DNA of 64,000 bases from Lama guanicoe. Taxonomy: Eukaryota. Made by a program: the position numbers and the translations under genes. The stretch's first letter is position 1, and every line of letters starts with the position of its first letter. Positions 1 through 12,622 of this stretch are shown here, one piece after another. The notes under the pieces are model-generated. The model worked only from the letters and a program-made list of their open reading frames with translations. It made no database searches and was not told where the DNA came from. The DNA lies in NCBI GenBank assembly GCA_013239625.1, contig MU054001.1, positions 7,212,174-7,276,173 on the forward strand, given 5' to 3'.

Positions 1-434
1 GTGAAAATTTAATGAGCTTGCTTTTGACACCATCATTTGTCTCAGCAGGTTTCCTGAGAGAGCAGGGCCAAAGGCCTCATGCAGATTAGCTGCCAGACTT
101 GCTGGCTGTGACTGTCTAAATGCAGATACCCTCAGGGCCCAGAGCTGAGCCTCTGTTGTGTAATCCTGGTGGCTGTTTCTGGGAGGGAACGGACTTTTCT
201 TATTGAGAGACAAATAATGAGAGAGGAAAAAAAGCTTTTTGATTTTATTTATTTCCCTTTGGGACTATTGGGTCTTGGATTTTGTTGCCTCCCCAAATGA
301 GAGAACAGATTGCTTCCTGTTGGACCATCAGGAAGATGTAGTAGAAAGGGTTTTCAGAGTTTAGTGCGATCAAACAGTCTGATTTTTAAAGAGAAGTTGG
401 AAATTTGGAATTTATGTGAAATCTCTTTATTTTA

Positions 435-692
435 TTTTTTGACTTGATGGAATATGTATGTATGTACGTATGTATTTATTTACTTACTTAACATTTTTTA
501 TTGATTTATAATCATTTTACAATGTTGTGTCAAATCCAGTGTAGAGCACAATTTTTCAGTTATACATGAACATATACATATTCATTGTCACATTTTTTTC
601 TCTGTGAGCTACCATAAGATCTTGTGTATATTTCCCTGTGCTATACAGTATAATCTTTATCTATTCGACTTTTTGAAATCCCAATCTATCCC
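435..692 (-). mobile_element. 5'-truncated young LINE-1 3' end (camelid-type, 'ttgatttataatcattttacaatg' 3' terminus)
   Basis: Matches the reverse complement of the L1 3'UTR at 56290-56488. T-rich tail on the left; perfect 18-bp TSD tgaaatctctttatttta at 417-434 and 693-710. Confidence 0.92.
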
Positions 693-722
693 TGAAATCT
701 CTTTATTTTAAAATGGTGGCCC

Positions 723-784
723 TTTCCTTCTTTCCTTCCTTCCTTCCTTCCTTCTTTCCTTCCTTCCTTCCTTCCTTCCTTCCA
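723..784. repeat. (TTCC)n microsatellite
   Basis: Direct read of tandem TTCC/TTTC units. Confidence 0.95.
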
Positions 785-1034
785 AAACTGTACAAGCCAA
801 AGCAGAATTAAAACAAAATAAGCCTGTGGGTTGATTCAACACTTGGGTAACCAGCCTGTGACCTCTGACCTATACAGTTACACGGGAACATTGTGAAACA
901 GCGCAGGTAGAAGATGAAAAACTGACCTCTGTGCAGTGAAGAGATGTTTGCTGAGTGTTTACACGCCTGTCACTTTACCAGGCCCTGGGATCCAGGAGTG
1001 AATGAGAAACAGTGCCAAGGCCTCTCATCTAGTG

Positions 1035-1480
1035 GAAGAGATTTCAATTTGGCTTAAGCAAAAAAGGGAATTTATTGAAAGGAACCTGTGAAGCCGGGGC
1101 TCTCCCATGGGCAGCCAGGCCTCATGAGAACCTGGAGTCAGGGTCTGGAAAACCAGGACACTCTCTCTTGAACCATCATAATTGTCTAGCTCCTCACTCT
1201 CTCTCTCTCTGTGTCCTGGACAGACTGGTTTTCTCTGTTAGGCAGGCACGTGGACAAACACGGCCTCTCTGTAACTCCTGATATACCTCTTTCCAAGCCA
1301 CAGACCAGGTTGACCAGAGCTCAGCCCCTGCTCCAAATGCCCAGGAGAGAGCATCGGGTGGTGCTGTCTCCTGGGCCAGCCACATTCAAGCATGACTTCT
1401 AGGAACCAATCCCTGTGGGTGGACGGGGAGAATTTTCATAGAAAGGGGATGCCGTGATCTGAAAGGGGCCTCCTACAGAA
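1035..1480 (-). mobile_element. Ancient MaLR LTR (MLT1-like), degraded
   Basis: Starts with 'ggcttaagcaaaaaagggaatttattgaaagg', typical of old MLT1 ends in reverse orientation; boundaries approximate. Confidence 0.5.
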
Positions 1481-1493
1481 GGACAGATATTTT

Positions 1494-1860
1494 GTTCATT
1501 TAACAAAGCATTCTAAGAGCCCATGAGTTCCCCGGTGTTGATCTAGCCTCTGCTGGAGAGGGTGGTCAAGCACAAGGACACATCCTGCCCTTCCTTCAGG
1601 GAGCTTGCTCTGTAGAGCAGAGAGACAGGAATAGAAAGAACAAAGCAGCTTGACATAGTGGTGAGTGCCATGAAGGAAGCACAGCCGCTGCTGTACAGAG
1701 TGATTGAGGGACACCCTGGAGACCTGCAGCTGAGGAAGGAGGCGGGTCAGACTGGCTCTCTGAGGAGCTGGCATTTAATCTGAGATCTGACAGGAGAGAA
1801 GGAGCTGGAGTAACATGGTCAGATTTATGTCTTAGACAGATGACTTTGGCAGAAGGAAAG
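1494..1860 (-). mobile_element. LINE-2 fragment
   Basis: 'ttcatttaacaaagcatt...cctgcccttccttcagggagcttgctctgtag...tgagatctga' resembles the L2 3' region. Confidence 0.6.
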
Positions 1861-2803
1861 AAAGGAATTTTCTCTCCACAATCTCAGGAAACAAAGCTCA
1901 CTAAATCAACTTGCCGACAAGGAAAGGAATTTTACAGGGTTGTATACCAAGGTGACCTTGTCATCTTCAATCAGCCCCGACTTATTTGCATCTTTGAGCA
2001 ATAAAAATCCGCTCTTACCTATGCAGTATTTTAGAGTTTATAATGCACCTTCATAATGTATTTATTCTCCAAGCATTTCTTCAAGCTGGGCTGGGCAGAA
2101 CTCTGTCTTCATTTCACAGAAGAGGAGACTGGGACTAAAAGAGACTGTGTCATTTACCTCACTGGTAGGCACAGAACTAAGACCTTCTCCCCACCAGACC
2201 ACTCTATCGAGTGCTTGGGTCACATTACTCAGCGGGAAAGTGCCACTTTAGTCCAGAATCATGGTTTTCCCCTGTGATTCATTGTTTATTGAAATTAGTA
2301 GGAATGTTAGGCTGGCTGCTTTTCTTTTATTGTATGTCAGAGCTTAGCAAAGGGATCCCTAACACTCTCCCTTTCAAAAAGCCATATGTTTGTCCAAAGG
2401 AAAAAAACTGTTTTTGAAGAAAGACTATTTTCCCTCCAGGGTAACAGATTCTGATTTTATTGCTGCCGTGTGTAATGTGCCTGAAAGCACAAGAATGTCC
2501 TGTATACCATCTTGTTTCCAGCACGTTCTGGTTTGTGTGCAAAATGTGGCTGATAACTTTTTTTCCTTAACTGGAGCCATACCTCAGAGTCACTCAGGGA
2601 GCTTCTTGAAAATTCAGATCCCAGGCTCTCTTCTCAGACCTGGCAGGTTGCAGTCCTTTCAGGGAAACAGGCTGCATATGTAGTAGGGTTTCCACACAGA
2701 GCCAGGGGCTGCATTTCCGAAGACTGTGGATTGCTATATTTATTTGAGAATTTTCCACTAGATGGCAAGAAAGTTCCATCTAACTTCAGAAAGGACTCTT
2801 TTT

Positions 2804-3034
2804 TAAAAAAAATTTTTTATTGAGGTATAGTCAATTTACAATGTGTCAATTTCTGGTGTATAGCACAATGTCATACATGAATATACATATATTCATTTTC
2901 ATATTCTTTTTCACCATAAGCTACAAGATATTGAATATATTTCCCTGTGCTATACAATATAAACTTGTTTATTTTATATATGAAAGGACCTATTTTATAT
3001 CTATATATTTATATTTTATATTTATTTTATATAT
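2804..3034 (-). mobile_element. 5'-truncated LINE-1 3' end ('ttgaggtatagtcaatttacaatg' type) with a rearranged 5' junction
   Basis: Similar to L1 ends at 40391, 54377 and 62045; 15-bp TSD gaaaggactcttttt at 2789-2803 and 3035-3049. Confidence 0.9.
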
Positions 3035-3634
3035 GAAAGGACTCTTTTTGAAAAGAGTTCTAACAAAATCTGCATTATTACCACAATTTTCCAACCGATA
3101 GAGGCAAAATATGCCTTGAGGAATGGGCACTGTTTTTTCTAATTTGCACAAGGGTACCTTATGGGTTAGTGATTATGGCAGGCATGTGTCTCAGAAGAAA
3201 ATGCTGGGTGGAAAGCCCCAAACCTACATTTCTGAGAGTGTGTTTTGAGGGACACAAGTTCTACAGGGTGTTAATAGGTGTGTGAACAAAGGCTGTGTGG
3301 GTCAAATATACTTAGCTTTGAAGAGTCTTGCTGCAGAAATGGTGACCCAGTTTATTAAACTCAGGTGAAGCATTTCCAAAGCTACCTGACCACAACCTGT
3401 ACCTCTGGGGTCCTGGCACCACCCAGAATTATCTCTGGGAAAGACTGAAGATTTGATCCTGATGAACTGCTGTGAGGAAGTCACTGCGAAACTGTGTCGA
3501 CAGACATTCTGACTGCAGCAGAGCAGTTTAAGACAGTGTCTCTTGCTATCCCAACCTCTTTAGTTCCCAAGTTCTGATCGCGAGAATTTGGATAAGGTGA
3601 TCAGAGGGGGACGAGCTAGCACCGTATCTGAACC

Positions 3635-3678
3635 ATTTTTTTAAACATTTTTTTATTGAGTTATAGTCATTTTACAAA
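3635..3678 (-). mobile_element. Extremely 5'-truncated LINE-1 (about 44 bp: tail plus terminal ~35 nt)
   Basis: 'ttttttaaacattttttttattgagttatagtcattttacaa' is the L1 terminus; 11-bp TSD gtatctgaacc at 3624-3634 and 3679-3689. Confidence 0.85.
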
Positions 3679-4669
3679 GTATCTGAACCTTCTGAACCTT
3701 TTTGATTCTCAAGTTCTCAGAGAGTGAGAGGTGGGTGTTCATATAGGGAGCGGTTTATCTGGTACTTTTATCTCCTGAGTTCTGATCATCAGAGATTGCA
3801 GAGTGGGGGATACAGATATTCAGAAGGGAAAGTGGGCAACACTTCTTTAAAAGCCTAGTTTTTTTGATGCTCAAAATAGAAAAGTCTGGACAGATGGAAA
3901 GATGCTAACAGGACAGCTTAGTTTACTTTCCGTGGTCAGCAGGCTTTGATATAAACTGAGGGCGAGGGGGGTAGAAGGATGAATCCTGTAGACAATCCTG
4001 AGAGGAACGAGCTAACATGTTTGGAAGCACCTCATAGTGGCCTCCGTCTAGGAAAGGGCCTGAGACGCTCAGGGGAGATGGGGTGTGGGAGGAGGAGGAG
4101 AGAAGGTGAGGAGGAGAGGAGGAGAGGGGGAGGGGAAATTCTTGAGATTCTTCCTACAGCCTTTTATTTCCCAACTTGGAGAGAAAGATCACAACTGAAG
4201 GGGTATTAGGGAGCCCAGCAGGGATGAAGGAAGCCGCCTCTGGATAGCTAATCAGACATCACAGCCAGAGGCACAACAATTCTTACTTTGAAAAGTAGAA
4301 AACAGAGAAGTGGGGGCCTGGGCTCCTTAGGCCAGTCTTGAAAGTCAAGAGGCTAGAGCATAGTTGTCAAAACCCAGCACACCTCAGGGAGGGGAAATGA
4401 GAGGCCTGGGTCCAAACAGAGCTCTCTTTAACAGGCAGGCCTGTGAGCACACATGAGCTGCGCGTGGGCTGTCTGCTGGGCTGGGCAGAGGGGTTTCCAT
4501 ACAAGGAGCATCTGACCTCTTCCTTTTGAGGCTGACTGGGAATTAACTGTCTGGTCCTCACTCCAGTTTCTTATGAACAACAAGCAGAAACCATATATCA
4601 CACATTTGATCAAATGAAGAGTACAATTTTATCCACAGGACTGTGTGGACATGAAGGGGCCTGAGCCTA

Positions 4670-4987
4670 CCAAGTGTGTTGCAAACAACTGCTGGTCATT
4701 TGTTAGGTGATTTTTAGGACAGACAGACAGTTGTACAAATGTTAATTGTTGTGGTTTAGTTTACTGTGAATTAAAAATAGATAAAACCTCTATGACTTAA
4801 AAAATCATTAAACCTATGACTTTTTCTTTCATAAAACCTATCACGTTTGATTCAGCCAAATCTTTAAAAAGTGGTCTGATTTAAAAATCAATTAAAATTT
4901 TTTTGGGTAAATAATAATAGAGGGGTACAAGGCTCCGGACAAAACCGAGAAGATGATTTGCAAGTGGCTGAAGTCGGGAAACACTAG
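4670..4987. mobile_element. hAT-Charlie-like DNA transposon relic
   Basis: Right end 'aataatagaggggtac...gaagatgatttgcaagtggctgaagtcgggaaacact' resembles Charlie-family MER termini. Confidence 0.45.
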
Positions 4988-5009
4988 AGTGTGGGAAAGG
5001 CTGACGGGA

Positions 5010-5075
5010 CTGACATGTGTTACTAGTTAGCTGTGTGACCTTGAGCAAAGTATTTAACTTCTCTGTCTCAGTTGC
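5010..5075 (+). mobile_element. MIR SINE core fragment
   Basis: 'ttagctgtgtgaccttgagcaaagtatttaacttctctgtctcagtt' is the MIR core. Confidence 0.7.
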
Positions 5076-5747
5076 CACGTTGGGAAGCACTAAAGACTAT
5101 CAGATATTGATTTCCTGCCAAGCAGCAGTCCCTGTTCTGTTTGGGGTCCCCAGCGCGTGTGTCAGATGTGCCTGTCATGGGGTTGCCCTTTCAGGGTTGA
5201 TGCGGGATGGGACCAGCAGCCACACCAACCCCATCCCCTTCATACGCAGCTTCTGAACACAGCTAGGAGTTAGTGCTGCATGCTATACCCTCCCCTGTAG
5301 CAACTCTTACAAAATAACCATTTACTTAAAAAAGCTCTGTTTCACATTACTTACATCCAGGGCTGCCATTTAGAGGCTACTATTCTGGGGACACGGTTTC
5401 CCTTCCTGGTGCTCCACCCTGGGGCATGACTGTGCTTTCTACTTTTGTCCATGAAATGACCCATAACACCTCCATGAATAACAAGGTCAAGGTTATAGAG
5501 AGCAAGATAGGTTAGACTGGCATTAGGAGGCTGTGTTTTGTCTTGACTGAGTTGCCATGACTTTGGGCCAGTCAGTCAACAGCTGTGTCACCTGGGTGGG
5601 TGACCTTCCTCTCTAAGGTTCACTTTCCAGAAGATAAGAACCAAATACCTTCCCACCTGCAGTAGACAAGTGTGCTTGTGTTCCAGTGTAATCTTCAATA
5701 CTCAGTGTAGAATTTTAAAAATCTTTGCCAATTTGATAATATTTTAC

Positions 5748-6183
5748 CTTTTTTTTTAGTTTTGTGACTTTTTTTAACATTTTTTATTGATTTATAATCA
5801 TTTTACAATGTTGTGTCAAATTCCAGTGTTCAGCACAATTTTTCAGTCATTCATGGGCATATATACACTCATTGTCACATTTTTTTCTCTGTGATTTATC
5901 ATAACATTTTGTGTATATTTCCCTGTGCTATACAGTGTAATCTTGTTTATCTATTCTACAATTTTGAAATCCCAGTCTATCCCTTCCCACCCTCTACCCC
6001 CCTGGTAACCACAAGTCTGTATTCTCTGTCCATGAGTCTATTTCTGTCCTGTATTTACGCTTTGTTTTTGTTTGTTTGTTTTTTAGATTCCACATATGAG
6101 TGATCTCACATGGTATTTTTCTTTCTGTTTCTGGCTTACTTCACTTAGAATGACATTCTCTAGGAGCATCCATGTTGCTGCAA
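5748..6183 (-). mobile_element. 5'-truncated young LINE-1 3' UTR
   Basis: Near-identical to the reverse complement of 56050-56488; 13-bp TSD gataatattttac at 5735-5747 and 6184-6196. Confidence 0.93.
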
Positions 6184-6349
6184 GATAATATTTTACTTTT
6201 TTATTTACACTAGAGCAGTTGATTTTTTCCCCTATGTGCTTGTCACTTTCGTCTTCTTCTCTTTTGTGGATTATTCTTGTCCTTTAGCCATTCCCCGATC
6301 CCTAGAAATTAGGACTATTAGTGTATTTCTTTTTGTTTTATAGCAACTC

Positions 6350-6519
6350 TTTTTTTTTCTGCTTTTTTTTTTGGAGGAAGTAATTAGGTTTGTTTGCTTG
6401 TTTGTTTGTTTATTTATTTTATTTATTTATTTACTTTTATTTAATGGAAGTACTCGGGATCGAACCCATGACCTGGTGCATGCTAAGCACGCATGCTACC
6501 ACTGAACTATACCCTCCCC
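6350..6519 (-). mobile_element. tRNA-derived SINE (camelid Vic-1-like)
   Basis: Minus strand reads ggggagggtatagttcagtggtag (A box)...gggttcgatcccgag (B box), then an AT-rich tail; TSD tagcaact at 6341-6348 and 6522-6529. Confidence 0.9.
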
Positions 6520-7526
6520 TGTAGCAACTGTTAAAAAATAACTTTTTACTTAAAAAAGCTCTGTTTCACATTGCTTACCAACATTTACTCTTTCTCTTTC
6601 TCATTACATTAGAGAGAGAGAGATTATTTTAAAGTCCTTGTTTCCATTGGCTTTCTCATTTCTGAATCTGTTTTTAATCTTTGTTTGTCTAGGAGTTTTT
6701 CCTCCAACATTTTACTATGAAAACATTTAAACATATACCTACCACCTGGATTCTGCAGTTCACATTTTATTATATTATATTTATCTAATATCTATGCAGA
6801 GTAATTTTTAACTTAAATGCTAGACATTGTGAATATTACATTGTTGATGGCTGGATTTTGTTGTTTTCCTTCAGAGGATGTTTGAGGTAACTGGCAGTTA
6901 AGCTGCTGTTTTTAAGTTACTTAAGGTCTAGTTTGACCCTTTTGAGACTGGGGAGGCTTTGTCAGGTTGGGTTTGGAGCAGCCTTTCCCTGGGCTGGTTT
7001 ATCCCTAGTACGTGCCGCGCTTCCTGGGCTCCCAGCTGAAGGCTCTGCATATTCAGCTAACCTCTCCCCTCCTCCTAGTGGAGCCTGAAAATACCCCCGC
7101 CCAGGATGAGCTCCCTTGACCAGCCTTGCCAGCTTTCTTCCTGCCCAAGTGAAACTTAGTGTTTGGCAACAGACTAAAGGGCACCCCTATGAAGATTTTT
7201 GGAATTCTTTCTTTGTGTTGCTTTGTCCTTCCTGGTTCTCTGTTCTGCAAATTCCAGAAGGCTCAGCCTTAATGTCCGAAGAAACAGGAAGGAGTTAACA
7301 GAAAATTATTATCTCCTACTTCAAAACTGTTGTCTGTAATTATGTAAGTGAACTACAGAAATGATTCAGTGGGGTTTGGCTCTCAGCGTGCAGTTCCTTT
7401 TTACTGAGAGGTTAGTGGAAACGCTTGGCCTGACATGGTTCCGCTTTGTCTTACACTGTTTTGTTCAAGTTCTGCTGCTGTTCCTCTGTGTCTCATTGTT
7501 CTTACATTGCTCTTATGCTCTCAATT

Positions 7527-7624
7527 TTTTTACACTGAAGTATAGTCAGTTACAATGTGTCAGTTTCTAGTTAACAGCACAATGTCCCAGTCATGCATAT
7601 ACATACATATATTTGTTTTCATAT
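7527..7624 (-). mobile_element. Short LINE-1 3' end
   Basis: 'ctgaagtatagtcagttacaatgtgtcagtttct' L1 terminus; perfect 16-bp TSD tcttatgctctcaatt at 7511-7526 and 7625-7640. Confidence 0.88.
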
Positions 7625-7849
7625 TCTTATGCTCTCAATTCTGAGTGGCTCCTTATATTAGGGTTTCTCTTTCTTTTTTAAAAAATTTTATAATAAAAAA
7701 TTAAAGAAAACATATATAAAAGTAGAGAGCGTAGTAACAACTACTCCCACAATCTCATTACCCATCTTCAACATTTACCAATAGTTGAGGGCTCTTCCTC
7801 CTAATTGCAGAGTAACGCCAGACTTTACATCTGCAATTCCTCTAAGGCG

Positions 7850-8018
7850 GCAGTTGTTAACCTTGGCTGCATATTAGAATCACTTGGGGGAGCTTTTAGA
7901 AATCTCTATTCCTAGGCCACATTCAAGACCCATTAACTCTGAATCTCTGTTGGTGGGGTTTTTAGTTTAGAAAGCTCCCAAGTGATTCCAGTTTGTAGCC
8001 AGAGTGGAGAACTGCTGC
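7850..8018. mobile_element. MER5-family hAT-Charlie element
   Basis: 'ccttggctgcatattagaatcacttgggggagctttt...gaatctctg...aagctcccaagtgattcca...gagaactgctg'. Confidence 0.75.
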
Positions 8019-8814
8019 TCTAAGGTCATCTTATGGTGGATCTCCATCAGCTGCACCCCCAGAGAGGTCTCACTGCCCTCCATTAGAGGATGGTGAGAGC
8101 TGTCAGCTGGTCCCTTATCATGGGGTGGCAGAGTCCGGCTGTGTTTGTGGGAGGCTGTAGCTCAGCTCTGCTCTGTGACCGAATCCCTTTTGCTTGGGTG
8201 TCACTGGATGCTATCCTTTGTTGATGTGATGGCAGGGAGAAGGGCTTGTTCAGCTCTTTTTTGGTGGGAACTGTTACTCCCAAGTAGGTTTGGGTTATGT
8301 TAGGCAGAACCCTAGGCACCTAGAGCATTCTTGATGAATGCAGTCAACCGCCTCTCCAGCAGCTTGGTGCTAGTGTTTTTTGGTCATTCTTTCATTTTAC
8401 TTTGAGTCTTTGAGTTACTTTTGAGTAACTGTGTGAGGTAGATGTCCTTTTATAGATGAGAAACATGGATGCATAGCACTGCAAGGTCACATGCCCTGGC
8501 GCCAGGTTTCCCCTTTTACTCTAGTGTTCTCTTCCTCACATGGAGTGTCTTTTCTGGACAGGCTATGAGCATGCTGTGGATCCTGAGGGGAAGTGGAACA
8601 CCACACAGTAATTATAGTACTCAGTGAGGAATTTCATTGATGTAGCCGTGAGTTCCCCTTACTCAGGGCTATCTCAATGAACACTTGCACTGTTGGCCAT
8701 ACAAAATATGGTGGGATTTAGGGGAAAATGTCAAGCATGTTTAGAGAAACAAGATCGCCCTATCCACATGAACAGGAGAGAGAAGCATGCTCATGGACTG
8801 CCTTGGGAGAGTCA

Positions 8815-9300
8815 ATTCAGCCCCTTTGGAGGGAAGCTGGTGGTGTCTTTAAAATAAATGTGCAAATTCCATAATCCAGCAATTTCACTTGTGTATATCC
8901 ACTCTAGAAAGACACTCACTAGTGCCTGGGATAGGAAATACAAACAGAGATGTTCATTATGGCATGGACTGTAATAGTGAAAAATTTGAAACAAGTTAAA
9001 TGTTTATTATTGTGGAATTACTAAGAACTTAATGTTAAGTAAATAACGGCATACAATTACTGTGAAATACTATGCACAATTTATCAATAATAAGTAGGTT
9101 TCTGTGCCCTAACATAGAAAGATTTCTAAGATACAGTGTAAAGGAAAAAAAGGATGTTGTTGAAATGAAAGCACAATATGAAATCATCTCCATAAAACAA
9201 AGAAGAAATAAAATCACATATATATGCAAAGGTGTAGAAAAATCTGGAAGGAATACACATCAAATAGGTAACAGCAGTTACTTCTGAAATAAAAAGAGAG
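8815..9300 (+). mobile_element. Ancient LINE-1 (L1M-type) 3' fragment
   Basis: 'ataatccagcaatttcacttgtg...agagatgttcattatggca...aaaatttgaaacaagttaaatgt' is a degraded L1 ORF2 end/3'UTR. Confidence 0.6.
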
Positions 9301-9990
9301 GACTTATCTTGGGGGTAGGTGCTGAAAAGGTACTTAACTAAATGTTTACTATCACCTTAAAAATGAATGTCTCAGGTGTGTTAATAACCATGAGTTACAA
9401 CTTCCTTGAAAAATGAATGAACATCCATTAAGGCTGGTCTTTTATTTGGTGCAGCCTGTAAGGGCAGCAGCATTGCCCCTTGAGAAATGAAATCCTTCTG
9501 TGAACTCAGTGGAGTCTATCTCATCTTTCCCCTTCCCAGACCCAGCCTGTGTTTAACATGGTTCAAGGGCCATCAAGTCATACTTAAGAGGATCAGGAAT
9601 GATTTGTAATTGTCTTGATTTTAGCAAAAAGTCAAGTGTGATTCAGGAGGCAGATGGCACTTGACTTTTCCAGAGTGCTGTTCACAGGGGCTCCCTGTGC
9701 TCTCAGAAGGACGGGTGGGGAGCCATGCCACATTAGGCACTTGCAGGGCAAGTTGTGCCACAAGGGAGTTGAGTAGCTCTTTGCAGCCTTGTGAAAACCA
9801 AATTTGGGCTGATGACAGGCCACCAGGAGAGCATCTTGCTCATTCTCATGCCTTCAGGGCCATCACCCTTGTTCTTCCCTCCACCTAAAGTGCTCTCCCA
9901 GCTTCTTTCTGCTCAGCTACCCAACTTCCAAGTCTCTGCTCAGTATACTAATTCATTGATCTGAAAACTATTTTAGTTTTTTAAAGAAAA

Positions 9991-10139
9991 TTTCTTTTCC
10001 ATTCATTTTCTTTCTTTTTCATTTTTTGGTGGGGGGAGGTAATTAGGTTTATTTATTTTTAGAGGAGGTACTGGGGGTTGAACTCAGGACCTCATGCATG
10101 CTAAGCAAGTGCTCTACCACTTGAGCTCTACCCTCCCCC
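9991..10139 (-). mobile_element. tRNA-derived SINE (Vic-1-like)
   Basis: Minus strand ggggagggtagagctcaagtggtagagcacttgcttagcatgcatgaggtcctgagttcaacccccagtacctcc, plus an A-rich tail. Confidence 0.9.
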
Positions 10140-10144
10140 TGTTT

Positions 10145-10620
10145 AAGCTTCCTGAGAGCAGAGAATCTTGTTTGTTTTGGTCGCTGGGTTATTGTAAATA
10201 CTTGCCATAGTATCTGGTGCACAGTCAGGGCTCAGCAAACATTTGTTAAATGGATAAATGAAATATTTACCAGATGCCTACTGTGCATTTGGGCTGTGCA
10301 ATGTGGACACAGTGGTGATCACTGAACCCTTGGGGCTCAGTACTGTGTGAGAGAGACAACCTGCTTCATCAAGGGGAGGCAAAGCATCCATGGCGGAAAC
10401 TGAAGGATGAGTAGAGTCAGCTGTGAGACGAGCTGGGAAGGGAGTGCTTACTTAGCAGGAGGAAAAACAAGAGTAAGGGCCTTGAGGACAGTATGAGAAA
10501 TCCTAGAAACAGATGTAAACCCAGGGATGGGAGAAGGGGGACAGGCGGCAAGAGATGAAGGTGGAGACATGGGCAGTGATGGGTCATGCAGCCCTTGAAT
10601 TTTGAGTTTCCATAATGGAT
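10145..10620. mobile_element. LINE-2 fragments (a + strand 3' end followed by a minus-strand piece)
   Basis: 'ggctcagcaaacatttgttaaatggataaatgaa' is the L2 terminus; L2-like sequence follows. Confidence 0.55.
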
Positions 10621-12622
10621 GATAAAAGGCCTAGTACATGCCTGCCATGTAGCGGACCCAAAATGAGATTTATTATTGTGTTTAATTTTACCACTTTTAG
10701 AAATGCTCCACTCTCACTTAATTTATTTCAACCCACAGTGACATCTCCAGTTTTCAGCGTCATTGTAGTCTCAATCACATCATGTTATTTATTTGTCTGC
10801 CCAGCGGATTTCTCTTTAGTAACCCTCGCACTCCACCACTCCATGTGATTTTGGTGGGCCTGTTGATCAGAGAGCTTTCTTTGCTCTTTTGGGGGTGGTT
10901 ATAGCATTCAAAACTGACAGTCAGAGTGTCCCATAGTCCCATGCAGTGACTTGTATGGGGAGAAAGGACAGGTGACCTAAAGAGAGCAGATCAGAATTTG
11001 TCTAGGGGATGGATACAGCTGTGAGGGGGAGAAGGGCCTTTCCTTTCTCTAGAATTACAGTACTACAGAGGAGCAGATCCCAGCCAGGATCTGCCAGTTT
11101 TTCTCTTTGCTTCTCCTTCTGTTTCATGACTCTGCTTCCTCCTGTGAGAGCTTCATGCTTGGGAAGGTTTTGATTGAGGGGTAGCAGTGTCTTGGTGACA
11201 ATTGTTTGCACCTATGGATCCAGCCAAGCCTGAAGCATGAAGCATGAATTGGACCCACTGGACATATAGGAATACAATTCATTGCTCTAATTCATTTGTG
11301 TATGTTGGTCCTTCCTCTCTTAAATGGAGAGTGGGCACCTAATAGACAAATTCCAAGCCTACCCCTCTTTTTAAAAATCAGTCACAGTGGTCAGTACACT
11401 TCTAAGCATACAGCAGGTGCTAAATAAGTGCCTATTTGATGATTAACATAGAACCTAGGTCACTGAGGTTGGTAACAATAGGATAGATTATTTCACTCCA
11501 TAATTAATCAGTGGATTGTGAGTAATTTAAAATGTAGGCTCATATGTCAACTTCAGAGAGACCCCATGAGCTGAAAAATTGCTCCTTGGACAGAATAATT
11601 TGTTTGAAATATTCTTTTCTTCCTTACCTGCCAGGTAATAGGGTGAAAGTGAAGAAATCATAGGGATGTAATGGAGTTTTTGAGGACAGCCAAGTGTGGG
11701 ACCCCCATTTGGCATCATGCTATGTATAAGGTATTTCATGGTTCCAATTCTTCCTGTCCTGGAAGATTTAGGTTTCAGTTCCTCTAATATATTGGAGACA
11801 ATGGGACTTGGGATGGGAGATTGATCACATTTCTGTTTGGTGACCTGCTCTGTGGCCTCCTGATCTGTGCAGTGGGATCTCCCCTTGCTCTGGCCTGGTT
11901 GTAGCTCTATCAGTGTCACTGGCTTTGGTCTTTAGCCTCTTCTTTACTAGAAAATGCTGGGGAAGAGGGCTGATGTCTTTCCTTATCAGCTACTTTGTTA
12001 CTGCTGTTGATGATTTTCTTGTTTGGTTTTTGCGTTGTGCATACAAAATTAATTGTTAAAATAAATCTAAGCAGGTGGTTTTCATATATTCTGGAAAGAC
12101 ATTGAATGCTGTTGTGTGGGAAGTGCAAGGGCAGTGGATTTTAAATCTCATCACTCTCACCAAGGTATCTTCTTATAGGTGAAAACCAGACCATCATTTC
12201 TAGTCGCTCTGAAGGGGTATGGAGCTGAAAGCCTGCAAGGTTGCCCAGGGAAACCTGCCAGCCACCCGGGGCTGGTAAGCTACACAGCAAATGGTGGGGC
12301 AGACTGTGTAGGTTCACAACTTCTCCTCCACTGCCTCTTCTTCCCCATCTCCCTACCCCCCCACCCCCCGTGCCAAGGTACAGAGACAGAGAGTTGAGTT
12401 AGTCGCACTCCTTGGTTCTCAGCACGCTCTCACCATCGGTTTGAGCAAGGCCCCTCTCTTGTGTTGTACATTTGTTTTCCTTGTATTCTTATCCCACTTC
12501 TGCACCCTTGTCTCTCCCTTTAACTAGGTACTCATCTTATGTCTGATACACGTTCTGGAGAATGCATATTTCCTTGTGAAATAGGTAAGAGTTCTTCTGG
12601 TGTGTGTTTTAATTTCATGACC

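Noticed and set aside
12278..12314. Hairpin ctacacag...ctgtgtag
   Set aside because: The stem is only 8-11 bp, too short for a pre-miRNA and expected by chance in 64 kb.
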